From contig MU619255.1 of assembly GCA_025201805.1 (NCBI GenBank), positions 113,034 to 177,033 of the forward strand: a DNA stretch of 64,000 nt, given 5' to 3'. Positions 40,723 to 51,851 of this stretch are shown piece by piece. Source of the stretch: Parasitella parasitica NRRL 2501. Its lineage: Eukaryota; Fungi; Mucoromycota. The translations under genes were made by a program, and so were the position numbers. The notes beneath the pieces were generated by a model. It did not search any database. It was not told the DNA's origin and saw only the letters and a program-made list of their open reading frames with translations. Position 1 is the stretch's first letter. The number at the start of each line of letters is the position of its first letter.

Positions 40723-41876
40723 ATGCCAGAATACAAACCGTTTCCGTTAGCTCCCAAGATTACTACTATAATCAAATCTATCTATAAAATAGAATCAGAT
40801 CAAGAGGCTTGCCAGCCTCGCATTGTTCGAGACTTTTTCGATAAAGCTGCAGAGCAAATCGAGGCCGCTCCCGTAGAAAAGGAAGACCGCGAAATCGTCT
40901 ACAACAACATCCAGGTAAACATCTCGATTCTTCGTCCTCTCGGGTCCAGGGATAAGGTGCTGCCCGTTATCATGTTCTTGTAAAATTTATATAAATTTTC
41001 AATGAAAATGCAAAGTTGATTTTGACGAGTCTTCTGTAGGCATGGTGGTGGATGGGTATTTGGAAGCTACAATAGTCATAAAATTCTCACAAATGAGGTA
41101 AGACTTGTGAAGATACTTACATCAAGCAACGCTGTTTTAAGCGAAAGTCATTTAACAATATACATGTAGCTGGTGAATTTGATACCTGCCTGTGTGATTT
41201 TTGTCCATTATACGTTGAGTCCGGAAGTCAAATATCCCATTGCATTGGAAGAATGTTATGCTGCTCTCTGCTGGATTCAGGAAAATGCTGCTTCTATCCA
41301 TGTTGATCCTCATCGTTTGGCTGTATCAGGCGATTCTGCCGGCGGTAATTTGTGTGCCGCCCTCACAAGTATGATTTTACACACTTGCGTATGATATAAA
41401 AGTGTAATAACATCTTGTGTACAACAGTTCTTGCAAAAAGTCGCCAGAATAAGGGTATATCGTACCAAGTCCTTTACTATCCTGTCCTTGATGTCGATTT
41501 TTACAACGAATCTTACAACCAAAACAAGGACAATGTATTTCTGCCTCGCACGACAATGCAGTATGTTTGGGATGCCTATACCCGTGTAGACCAATATGCT
41601 TTGCCTACTGTAGTACCTATGTCAGCAGCTGTGGAGGCTTTGCAGGACCTACCACCCGCGCTTGTCATCACTGCAGAGTCTGATGTCTTAAGATCAGAAG
41701 GCGAGGCGTACGCTAAGAAGCTAAACGAGGCTGGCGTAGATGCTCTTTGCGTCAGATACAATGGCATTGGCCACGGGTTTGTTACTATGCCTATTTTGAG
41801 ACCCCAAGGAATAGCTGCGATTGAGCAAACAGTTGCTTTACTTGGAAAGCACTGGAGTTCAGGCACCAAGTTATAA
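40723..41876 (+). CDS. Hormone-sensitive-lipase-family esterase (Abhydrolase_3); 4 exons
   Basis: HGGGW, YTLSPE.KYP, GDSAGG, AESDVLRSEGEAY, GHGF; ends TKL. Confidence 0.92.
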
Positions 41877-42138
41877 CCAATTTCAATAAAAATAATGGCT
41901 AAATACAACATGGATAGAAACTTCTGCATATTTAGCTTTAAGACCCCTAAAATCAATAGTTTTCGCTTGTTTCGCAACTGTCATTATTCCTATTTTGATA
42001 GTAGATCATACACAAAGGATCTAATTTAATCCCAAAAGGAATTGGAGAATGGGACAGGGGATTCGGCTTTCAAATGAGCATCATTTAACCATAATACAAA
42101 CCTTTTAACGCACAAATGCAAACTGTTTTCTTTACGAA

Positions 42139-43976
42139 ATGTTATCGCTTTTGCAAAGGATAAGACCAGTCGGGGTCCATAAAAAAGTTCCCTTCCAAAA
42201 CATCACATGTAAGGCACGAAAACAGCAGCAATACCTCTTTTTTACCACGCTCAACAACCAACAAAACAAAATGATAAATCCTCTCGACGACCGTTCCGTC
42301 GAGTCCTTTTTGATACCGGGCGCTCAAGTATTTGACAGATACTTTAATTGTCCACTTGGTATATTCATAAAAAAAAAAAAAAACGCACTCTAGTCATAGC
42401 AGTATCCGTCGTCTAATTTGTTATGCGTGTCTTTTTCCTATTCTGCAGACTATGCAAATGAAAACACTAGCCCCAAGATCAAGATTTTCGTCAGGCATTT
42501 GGTGCCTGTTGACAATGTCTCCTCCATCAAGAAAATGCCATTTTTTCTCTATTTACAGGTGCTGACGAGATCTCGTGTATGGTACAAATGTTACTTATTC
42601 TTTTCCGCCATTTAGGGAGGCCCAGGCTTCGAATGTGCCCTGCCTGGAAGCGGAACATCTGGCTGGATCAAGGTCGCATTTGAAAAGGGTTACCAGGTCC
42701 TTTTGCTCGACCAACGTGGCACTGGGCTCTCATCTCAAGTGTCTGCTGAAGCTCTTGATGCATTGTTCAAAACTGACCGGGAGAAGGCTGATTATCTCGC
42801 TCATTTCCGTGCAGATAGTATCGTACGAGATTGCGAGACTATCCGCAAGCAGTTGACAGCGGGCAGGTCCAATTCTGACAGCGAAGAAAGTCGTATCACG
42901 CTCTTGGGCCAGAGTTTTGGCGGTTTCTGTATTACTACTTACCTATCTTTGTTGTAAGTTGGTCATGTCTACCATCCAATTAATAACTAAATTATGCTCC
43001 ATAGCCCCCAATCCGTTCAACATGCATATATCACTGGAGGTGTTCCACCTCTTGTAGACAACCCTGACAAGGTGTACAGAGCATTGTATCCTCGCATGCT
43101 GAAAAAGAATAAGCTATACTACAAGAGGTTCCCCAAAGACATTGATCGCGTACGTCAGATTCACGCCTACTTGAGCAAAAACCAGGTCTCTTTACCCAAT
43201 GGAGGTACCCTTTCAGTGCGTCGATTTCTCCAATTAGGCATTGCCTTTGGCGGTGCCGGAGGATACGATTCCCTGCACAACATAGTTCAAGCTGCAGCTC
43301 ATGATCTCGATCGCTTAGGCAGACTTAGTTACCGCACTCTCAATACCATTCAGGAAACGCAGAGCTGGGACACTAACGTTATTTACGCTATTCTCCACGA
43401 AGCCATCTACTGCCAAGCAAATCAGTCAAGCCGCTGGTCTGCTGAACGTGTGTTGCAAGAAGAGCCTTTTTCGACTGAATTTGAATGGCGTTTTGAGAAT
43501 CTAAAGCAAGGCCAGCCCATCTACTTTACTGGTGAGACTATATATCCTTTCATGCTAGATGACTTTGCTGAACTGCGCCCCCTAAAGGGTGTCGCTAACT
43601 TGTTGGCTGAAAAGAAATGGGGTCAATTGTATGATACCAAGGTATTGAATCAATTGGAAGGACCTCAGGTTGCCGGTGTTAGCTATTTTGATGATATGTA
43701 AATGGGTAAAAATATGAGTCTGTTTTGCATAGTCTAATTCAAATGCTTGTAAATAGGTATGTTGACCGTGAACTGTCAGAGCACACTGCCAGCGAGATAA
43801 ATGGCTTTCAACAATGGATCACAAATGAATTTGCCCACAAGTAAGTAGTAATGCCAAATTTGTGGCGCTAGTCAGTTGACACTTTGTGTTCCTTCAGTGG
43901 TCTTCGTGTTGATGGAGAGCGAGTCTTGGGCTATTTGATGAAGCTTGCAAAAGGCGATGAGGCATATAACCGTTAA
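42139..43976 (+). CDS. Proline iminopeptidase (alpha/beta hydrolase); multi-exon
   Basis: YLQGGPGF, LLDQRGTGLS, HFRADSIVRDCE, LGQSFGGFC, YAILHEAIYCQ, YFTGE, YFDDMYVD, WITNEFAH.GLR. Confidence 0.9.
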
Positions 43977-44399
43977 ATGTATATCAAATGCGACATGCCC
44001 ATTTTACTCGTATTGAATAAACACTGGTCTGGTTTGAGCAGCAGTATGATTCAATATCCAACTGATCGTAATCTTTCTCTACAAAGTTTTTCTCCCCTAC
44101 GATTATACATCAAAACACCTTGTTTTGAGTAAAACCTTTGAGTTTGTTTCCCAACCCAACTGCAAAAAGTAATTCATCAAATAGCACCCCATACATGGTA
44201 CGGCGCAAGGTTTGTGAGGCAATAACAGCCACTATCATTCGCTATGTAGTAGTGATTGATTTGCTTGCATATGTTGTTCCCAGCAAGGGCTTTATTTCTT
44301 TTCCGCAGTAGCAGTAGTTTCAGCACACAGATTCCATGTCCTGTTACTACCGTATCAGTTGGCAAGCTGTGTATTATGATCACACTTAAAATACATATG

Positions 44400-45010
44400 T
44401 ACGTATATCACCGCAGACGTGTTTCTTGGAACACTATCTCCACAGCATTTTTGATCCAGTCCTTGCCAGCTTTGTTCGTATTCAGAGATCAAGCGCAGGC
44501 CATGATATATTTTCTTGCTTAGCTTTATTTGCGGAAGGGTACATTTGAGTAAAGCTAGCTATGGCGCAGCCTTTGTCTTTGGTGATGCAGCTGCAGCCTC
44601 AGGCATATTTGCCATCAGCGTCTTCCCTGCCAGCATCTTCTTTGCTACTATTGTTCAAATGCTGTACCATTCCTTGGGTCTTGTAGAAACTCTATGTTGT
44701 CTGCATGGCTGTGTTGACGATAAGGATTTGGTTACAGTAAGAAGATCGATGGCAACCAAGATCTGAGCTAGCGAATTAGTCGTTTACGAGGCATTGACAA
44801 CAACTTACAAGGGGACTGTGTCTGTCAGATCAGAGCTGGTTGCTACATATGCTTTGTATGGGTTTGCCAATCTGGATTATGCAAGTTGGTTTTTTGGGCA
44901 CACTTGCGCCAACAAGAGCTGGCGAAATCTCATCTTTGGGTATTTCTGCGCTGATTTGTGGCTCTTCAAGTACATGGATATCTGCTTCCATTGCTGGCTT
45001 GTTAATTTAG
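44400..45010 (+). pseudogene. Concentrative nucleoside transporter (CNT/SLC28/NupC) pseudogene with large internal deletion
   Basis: HRRRVSWNTI..F.IQ...LFVFR; YGAAFVFG...FAISVFP..IFF..IVQMLY; then directly MATKI*...SVRSELVATYALYGFAN and LAPTR...ISALICG..STWISASIAGLLI-stop; frameshifts and an in-frame stop. Confidence 0.85.
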
Positions 45011-45583
45011 TAACCATTGCTCGTACATACGGTTTTATTTCCGAATTGCTATATCTACTGTAGTAAGGCTACATTTACTCGAACGATTTGAACTATATGT
45101 TGCAATTAGCAAATGTTTAAATATTATTGCCACAGAATTACATAGCAAGTAATACGGTTTCGACTGGGTATAGAATCAACCAATAACTAAATCGTATAGA
45201 AAGTCATTGATATCTTATTCAAGACGTTCGTATCGTGCTTTTGCGCCTTATAAAGTCGAATTTCCCGTTACATAAACTCGCCACATTGTTACATCGACTT
45301 CCGACAATCAGAAGGAAAAGCTGGAGCAACACTCACTAATTCTATTATACTAAACCTCAATGCCACTATAAAACCAGATAATTGATTCTACAATTGTGTG
45401 AGACTTTTTAAAGAGTTTCTCTCTAAACAATGCTTTTGCAGTGAATATACACTCAAAGATAATGTTGTTCAAGCGTTCATGTGTAACAAGGCACATAACC
45501 TTGATCCAAATCACTCAAATATATATGGATGACCAATAATTGCAATTGTTGCCACACATTTTCTTCTTCTTTAATTTTTCAAC

Positions 45584-46985
45584 ATGAAGCCTACTTTAAA
45601 ATCATTGCTGTTACTAGGATTAGCGACAAGCTGTTGGTTTCAAGCCAGCACCGGGTTTACAATGTCTATAATGAGCACCACAAACATTTGGCCAGGCAGT
45701 GCCGTTCTAGTACAATGGCAGAATGGCGCCCGAAATGTCAATGTGATGTTGGCAGTCCAAGACAAAGACGGCACTCTTTCTCCAGTGGGGCAAACTACTT
45801 TCAACGTGGCTCCTTCTGGCCCTACAATCATTCGCATCAACAGCGACACACCTACAGGCCGAAACTACTTCTTTGTCGCTGAAGACATAGTAGATCCTAG
45901 TAATTACACAAGTGTGGGTCCTTTTGCTATATACGATCCGTTTGGAGATGCCCATCCTACAAATTCGATTGCTGCTACTGCTACAGAAAGATTCTTGACA
46001 GATTCACCTACGACTGCTTCATCACCAACACCCACTGGCACCACTAGCGTACGCAGCAAATCTACAGATACAGCAACTAATGACTCCAATGAAAACAACA
46101 GAGAATCCCCCACTCGTTTTATTCTTGGTGTGGTTCAAATTGTTGGCATTGTTATTGGTTGTGTTGCTGCCGTTATCCTTGGAGCAATTGTATATGTGGT
46201 AAGCAATTTTTGTGCAATTAGATCAGTAGCCCTGAGTAGCTCACCATTTTTTTCATTTTTTTTTTTTTTTTCCATTACAGTGTATATTCAAAAAAAGATC
46301 CAGCTTCACACCTAAACGGCCATTGTACCCTCCTGCGCCTATGAATATGGGTGGCGGTCCTAGCCGCATGCCAGGAGTACCAATTTCTATGATTTCGCCC
46401 ACAACGAAAAAACAATCTATCAAGAAACCTGCTGCAAGTCCCATATCCTCAGATACCATGCAACAGAACACAACTATCAATATGAGCGCCGATTTATCGT
46501 ACACTCACAGCATGCCAAATCACTCGCCTCACGCAGTAGCACCTCCACAACAGGCATATCATTACTATGGAAACAATGGAATGTATTATGAAAACCCTGT
46601 ACAGTATCCCAGTCAGGATACAATGCCAGTACCTACGCATTTCAGTGGCTCGACATATCCCTCGTCGTTTACCTACACGCAGCAGCAACCACTGCATCCT
46701 CCTCAAATGCAGCCTGCTGATACCGCCAACTATTTGAACTATCTCCCTTCTCCTCCCCTTTTCAATTCCTCGCCTAAACCAGACGCCAATGAGCTTGATA
46801 ACAAAACTGAGCAAAAGCCAGTGACATTATCTACTGCTCAAAAGACACAACTCGCAGCTGGGTCCAAGACTGAGCAGGCTGAATCGACTCTAGCAGAAAG
46901 ATTCGAGATCCCCGTCGTGGAAGCACGGCTTGAACAGCAGCACAACACTGCAAATCTTCTCCAAAAACCAAATACCAACTCTTGA
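45584..46985 (+). CDS. Type I single-pass membrane protein: signal peptide, small ectodomain, Ser/Thr stalk, TM helix, Pro/Tyr-rich tail
   Basis: MKPTLKSLLLLGLA signal; T/S-rich stretch; VVQIVGIVIGCVAAVILGAIVYV TM; intron 46199-46280 joins the 46323-46985 frame. Confidence 0.8.
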
Positions 46986-46999
46986 TAATAAAACTGCTT

Positions 47000-47900
47000 T
47001 TATTGCACGATCCAGTCTTTAATCTTTTCTAGGTCTTGATTTTCAACAGAACATGATTCAAATTCGACATCATTATCTACATGATCAAATTTGAAATCTT
47101 CTCCTTCATAGCCCAGGAACGCTTCTTGCTCGTCACTCTCCTGTTGCTCAACCCGAGCTGTACGGGTTCCACGCAAGCGATTACTGTAAGAAGTTGAGTT
47201 AACTACGTAAAATAAGCCCTAAAGAGAGAGAAAAAAAAAAAGAACTCACAGTTCGGTTTCGAGCAAAACTTTGATTTTCTCGGTTGGTAAAGCAGTAATC
47301 ATATCAGCCTTATTGCAGGCAATCAAAATAGGCGTCCGCTGTTTCTGTACAATGGGCTTGGCTAACACATCGTACAGGTATTCTGCTACTGGTCTTATTT
47401 GTCTGCTTACGCTGGTACTGTCAATCACAAACACTATCGAGCGTGTAACAGGCAAGAAATCTGAAAATCTATAACGAACACGGTCATGACCTGGCATATC
47501 TACCAATTCAAAAATCTATCGCAGCTAAGCATCTTACTGACTTGGTGTTCTCCTGTATAGTTACCTTGTTGTTGATGGTGATTTGTCCTTCGTTTTCCTT
47601 CATTGAGGAAACTGTAGACCGATTCTTTCCATTTTTTAACTGCGTTGCGGTTAGAGATATGTTTTTCCTGTATTCAAAGCATCGCTTACTAGAATGTACA
47701 TGGCTGTTTTACCAGCATCGCCGATGCCTAATAGTAGAACTGTGTTTTTGTTCTGTTTTTTTGTGAATAGTGAGAGTCCAATGACTATATAAAGTTTACT
47801 TGAGAAGTATGTTTTACGTGTGTTTGAGCATTGAAATACCTGTAACAATCAACAGTACAGCAACCGCAACTGCAGCTTTTATCAAAAATGCATTATCCAT
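47000..47900 (-). CDS. srp102: Signal recognition particle receptor beta subunit; multi-exon
   Basis: N-terminal TM, LLLGIGDAGKT P-loop, TVSSMKEN, LVDMPGHDRVR, VAEYLYDVL, ACNKAD, NRLRGTR, FLGYEGEDFKFD. Confidence 0.92.
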
Positions 47901-48443
47901 TATACCAAATGAAGAGAGAAAAAAAGATGAAAAAGTACAAAGGGTTAGTGGGGCTTTTTGAATTGTTTGAAAACCGTAGTTTAAAACCATCTTGATACAT
48001 GTGGAACATGCTCTTTCTTGTGATATCTTCAAACAAGAATAATACGATACATCTACGTGGCAGCGGGTCGAATGCACAAAATCTAATTCTTGCTATTTTT
48101 GCGTTGAATAATCCAATACTATATTATCACAAAACGTTTGGCTAAAATTGAGGGGTTACGCCAAAAACTTGTTGCCATCGAAACACCATTAATGAGTGCC
48201 CTGCAATTGCGTTCTACAGTTTACTCAATTACAAAATGGTGAATTTTGATTTAATGGCCTGTATTTAGAGACAATGGCGAAAAGTGCATAATAAACCTTT
48301 GGGGATGGATGCACTGTACACAATAATGAAAATAATTGACCAGGGTAGAAGATTAAAATGAAAGAGATATACAACAACATCAAACTATAGAAACTTAAAA
48401 TCTAGCTTCAGCCATCAGAAAATAGTAGAGAAAAATCACTCCT

Positions 48444-49643
48444 TTATTTTGACATGTAAATAACGTTGCGAGGAATGTAAGGCTCCTCAAGATACTTGAT
48501 GTCTTGTTCAGACAATTTGACATTCAATGATCCGATAACATCATACAGGTTCTCAATTTTACCGACACCAATAATAGGGCTTGTGCAATGGGGTTTGGTC
48601 AGCATCCATGCCAATGCGATTTGTGCTGGAGAGTGGCCCAGCTTTTCAGCAATCTCCACAACACGATCAATAATAACGTCATTGTTGGCGCTCTCCTTTT
48701 TAGCAAAGAACAAGTTGGTAGCACGGTCAGTCTCCATACGGATGGTGTTGCGGTTTTTGCCAGTCAAGAGGCCTCTGGCTAATGGAGACCAATGGATGGA
48801 AGCAATACCGCTGTCCAAACAATAGGGAATCATTTCGCGTTCTTCCTCTCGGTAAATCAAGTTGTAAAGATTTTGCATGCTACAGAACTGTGCCCACCCG
48901 TTCTTTTCAGCTATCCGGTTGGCCTTTTGGAATTCCCAAGTATAGCATGAGCTGCAGCCAATGTATCTCACCTTGCCAGATCTGACCAGATCGTTCAAAG
49001 CTTCCATTGTCTCCTCGATAGGAGTTTCCTGCGAAATGTAATTAGTATTTTGTTTGCGTCTTTTCCCCCAGCCAAGAAAATAAAAAGGGGGGGAGGGGAG
49101 GGGAGGTATTTACCTGGTCAAAGCGATGGATTTGGTACAAGTCGATATAGTCCAATCCAAGACGTTTCAGAGACGCCTCACAGGCATCAAAGATGTGCTT
49201 ACGAGACAAGCCGTATGAATTGATAAACTCGGGCTTGCCATCCAAATCTTGTCCCAGCAGATTGCCATCCTCTTCCTTACCTACGGTGAAAAATACCTTG
49301 GTTGCTACGACAATACGAGAACGAGGCATGTTGAACTTCTTTATGGCCTTTCCAAGAACGAGTTCGCTTTCGCCGTTAGAGTAGACATCGGCAGTATCAA
49401 AAAAGTTGATTCCAGCATCGTAGGCCTTGCCAATGAGGTCGAGGGACTCTGCTTCGTCTTTGACCCAAGCCTGCCATTTAGAGGAGCCATATGACATGCA
49501 ACCGAGCGCAAAGCGAGATACCTGGCAAGAGAGTTAGGCTTGTGCGCAACACCTTCGTGATATGCAATACTTACACGCATACCAGTTTTACCAAAGCGGA
49601 CGTATTCCATTTGGGGGAGGTTTTTTTCTTCAGCAGTAGACAT
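48444..49643 (-). CDS. Aldo-keto reductase (aryl-alcohol dehydrogenase-like); 3 exons
   Basis: MEYVRFGKTGMRVS, GINFFDTADVYSNG, VATK, DYIDLYQIHR, GKVRYIG, WSPLARG. Confidence 0.93.
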
Positions 49644-49952
49644 TGTTCCTTAGATCGAATGTGTGGAGAGTGGGAGGATTTACGACTCGTCTCTTCCAGC
49701 ATATTTATACCAACTTGAAGGCAGCGTCACTTTTTTATGCAATATGAAACTTTTGGCAATCACTTGCGTCAACCATGTCCCAACTAGGAGTTAGAGTTTT
49801 CAGCAGCTTCACGCATGTACGGTATCACTAATACCCGATTGACTGCAAATGCGAGATTTTATGGCGCTTTGCGAAAACTCTTTGTGTGATGAATAATTGA
49901 GATAGATATTACAAGGTATATATGTGATAGGGCATAATAACGCGGCGCGCAT

Positions 49953-50755
49953 TTACGGCTGCTGTTTATGCTCCATCTGTTTCAGCAATTTCTCCAGTAG
50001 TTGGCTCTGAGAGTCTACTATTGTCATCAGCAGCTCAATGGCCTTGTTTTTTTCTGCCAATGTCTCTTCCAGCGTGTCCAGTCTATAGCAAACGTCCTTG
50101 TAGCCACTGCCTAGTGCTGTCTCCATTTCTCCAAACGTCTTTTCAATCCCTCGGTTGTTGTAGTTTATTGTCGTTTTTTTTTTTTTTTGCTTATTTTTGA
50201 GTGTAGTTTAATTCACCTTCTGCACCACCTGCGTCAGATATGTATAGAAATAGCTGTTCGTTTGTGTCAAGAGCAGCAAAGTAATCGGCTTGATTTGATT
50301 AATGACTCAGATATGCAGCCTCTTATTGCAATGCTGGTGATGTGGAGTAGCTTCCGGTCTTTACGGGTTGCTCGCAAAAATTCACTTTGGTCTTGAACCT
50401 GCCTCCTCTTCTTTGGCGCGAGTACTGTTTATTAAATATTGTCTCTAGATAGGTTATCGTTGGCTGAAGCGGCAACGTCTAAATGTGTTTTGCCGTTTGT
50501 ATAATTCCGCTTCAAGTACCTGTCTCCTTTCCATGAGCAATTTTCCTGGGCGATAGAACGTCTCTCCCCGCGAGACATGGGATGGAATTGATATGTATAT
50601 CTCGAACGCTTTGAGATAGTTCTTTTGGATTCCTGTCTCCATAGACTTGCCTTTTTCCAGCATTTTTTGATGTTTACCTATTAAAAAGAAAGTAACCACA
50701 CACCCATGACCCAAATGACCCATTTTCTTACAGTCTTGCCACTCATGTCTGCCAT
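49953..50755 (-). CDS. Putative hypothetical gene with coiled-coil last exon; upstream exon structure unresolved
   Basis: 49953-50150 reads GIEKTFGEMETALGSGYKDVCYRLDTLEETLAEKNKAIELLMTIVDSQSQLLEKLLKQMEHKQQP-stop; candidate donors and acceptors upstream, but no unique model. Confidence 0.35.
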
Positions 50756-50844
50756 GGAAGTTTGCATAGCTTTTATGCTGCTTACGGTCACAAACCGGCA
50801 GACAAGAATTTCATTCAGTTTTGCTTTTTTCGACAAACTAACAA

Positions 50845-51324
50845 ATGGCCCAGCCGCAATCCTTGCAATCAAATTCAGTGAATCCAGCCAATTTGGTTGA
50901 GCTTCAGGTGCTGACAAACATAGTCGCACAGCTGCAAGCCAACAATGACATGAAAGGCTCTATACCCTACCTGGCCAAAATTGCCCAGATTGTTGCCAAT
51001 CAGCGACTAGATAAACCATCACTTGCCACCAACGACAAACAACATTATTACCAGCAACTGAACGAATTATCAAAAGTACAGGCAGATGCCTATGCGCAGC
51101 TAGCAGACGCTTACTTTCAAACACAACAGTTTATCTTGTGTGAATCCAACCTGATTTTGTCAGTCAAGATGTGGGAAAGATTGCTGCGCTATGATCCTGC
51201 TTCAACTGATACTACTAAACTGCGGCTAAAGGCAGCCTACAATCAATTGGCAGAAGCCTACAAAGCCATGGGAAAACTCCAGCTAGCACAGCATATGGAA
51301 ATTAAGCTTAAAAAAATGGAATAA
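50845..51324 (+). CDS. Small helical TPR-like hypothetical protein
   Basis: 159-aa single-exon ORF, acaaATG context; AYAQLADAY and AYNQLAEAYKAMGK...A TPR-like helices. Confidence 0.75.
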   Translation: MAQPQSLQSNSVNPANLVELQVLTNIVAQLQANNDMKGSIPYLAKIAQIVANQRLDKPSLATNDKQHYYQQLNELSKVQADAYAQLADAYFQTQQFILCESNLILSVKMWERLLRYDPASTDTTKLRLKAAYNQLAEAYKAMGKLQLAQHMEIKLKKME

Positions 51325-51431
51325 ATGAATGTGAAAAATAAAGATTTGTTTATTTCAAAAGCAAGAAGGAAGGATGTATAAAATTACAACAAGTAGCGAG
51401 AAAGAGACAGACGGGTTATATTTGAACAACG

Positions 51432-51851
51432 TTAGTTGATGCGATCTTCAGCAGTGTGATCACGGCTCTTGCGAGAAACACGAGAGACCCTTGGCTTGCG
51501 ACCGCCATGAATGCCACGATATAGTTGTTCTCCCCAATCAAAGCATTCTTTACACGCTGCTTTCTTGTGCGCTATACATCCAGGCTTGTCCTTAGAGACA
51601 CGAGTCCACTTACGTGTAACAGAGAAGGGCTCACGTTCATCACCCTTCCACTTGGTACTGTATTCTTCATCAGTCAGCTTTTCACGTAGCATGTCTTCTA
51701 CCGACATGTTGTTAGAGGAGCGGTTATCAGTTGGGCACTTGTCGCAGACTTCAAGACCGTGGCGGGTGCAGAAAATAAAGCCATTAATGGTAACAGAGTA
51801 GGAGTCAACGACGTTATCAAAATCTTCTTGTTCAGAGAATTGGGAGTCCAT
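51432..51851 (-). CDS. Small putative zinc-binding hypothetical protein (two C-x2-H-x4-C-x2-C motifs)
   Basis: CTRHGLEVCDKC and CIAHKKAACKEC; coding-like codon usage. Confidence 0.8.
   Translation of the reverse strand: MDSQFSEQEDFDNVVDSYSVTINGFIFCTRHGLEVCDKCPTDNRSSNNMSVEDMLREKLTDEEYSTKWKGDEREPFSVTRKWTRVSKDKPGCIAHKKAACKECFDWGEQLYRGIHGGRKPRVSRVSRKSRDHTAEDRIN

Noticed and set aside
40723-49643. Esterase, peptidase, transporter relic and aldo-keto reductase as a metabolic gene cluster
   Set aside because: No backbone synthase, interleaved with housekeeping SRP receptor beta, and no shared pathway logic
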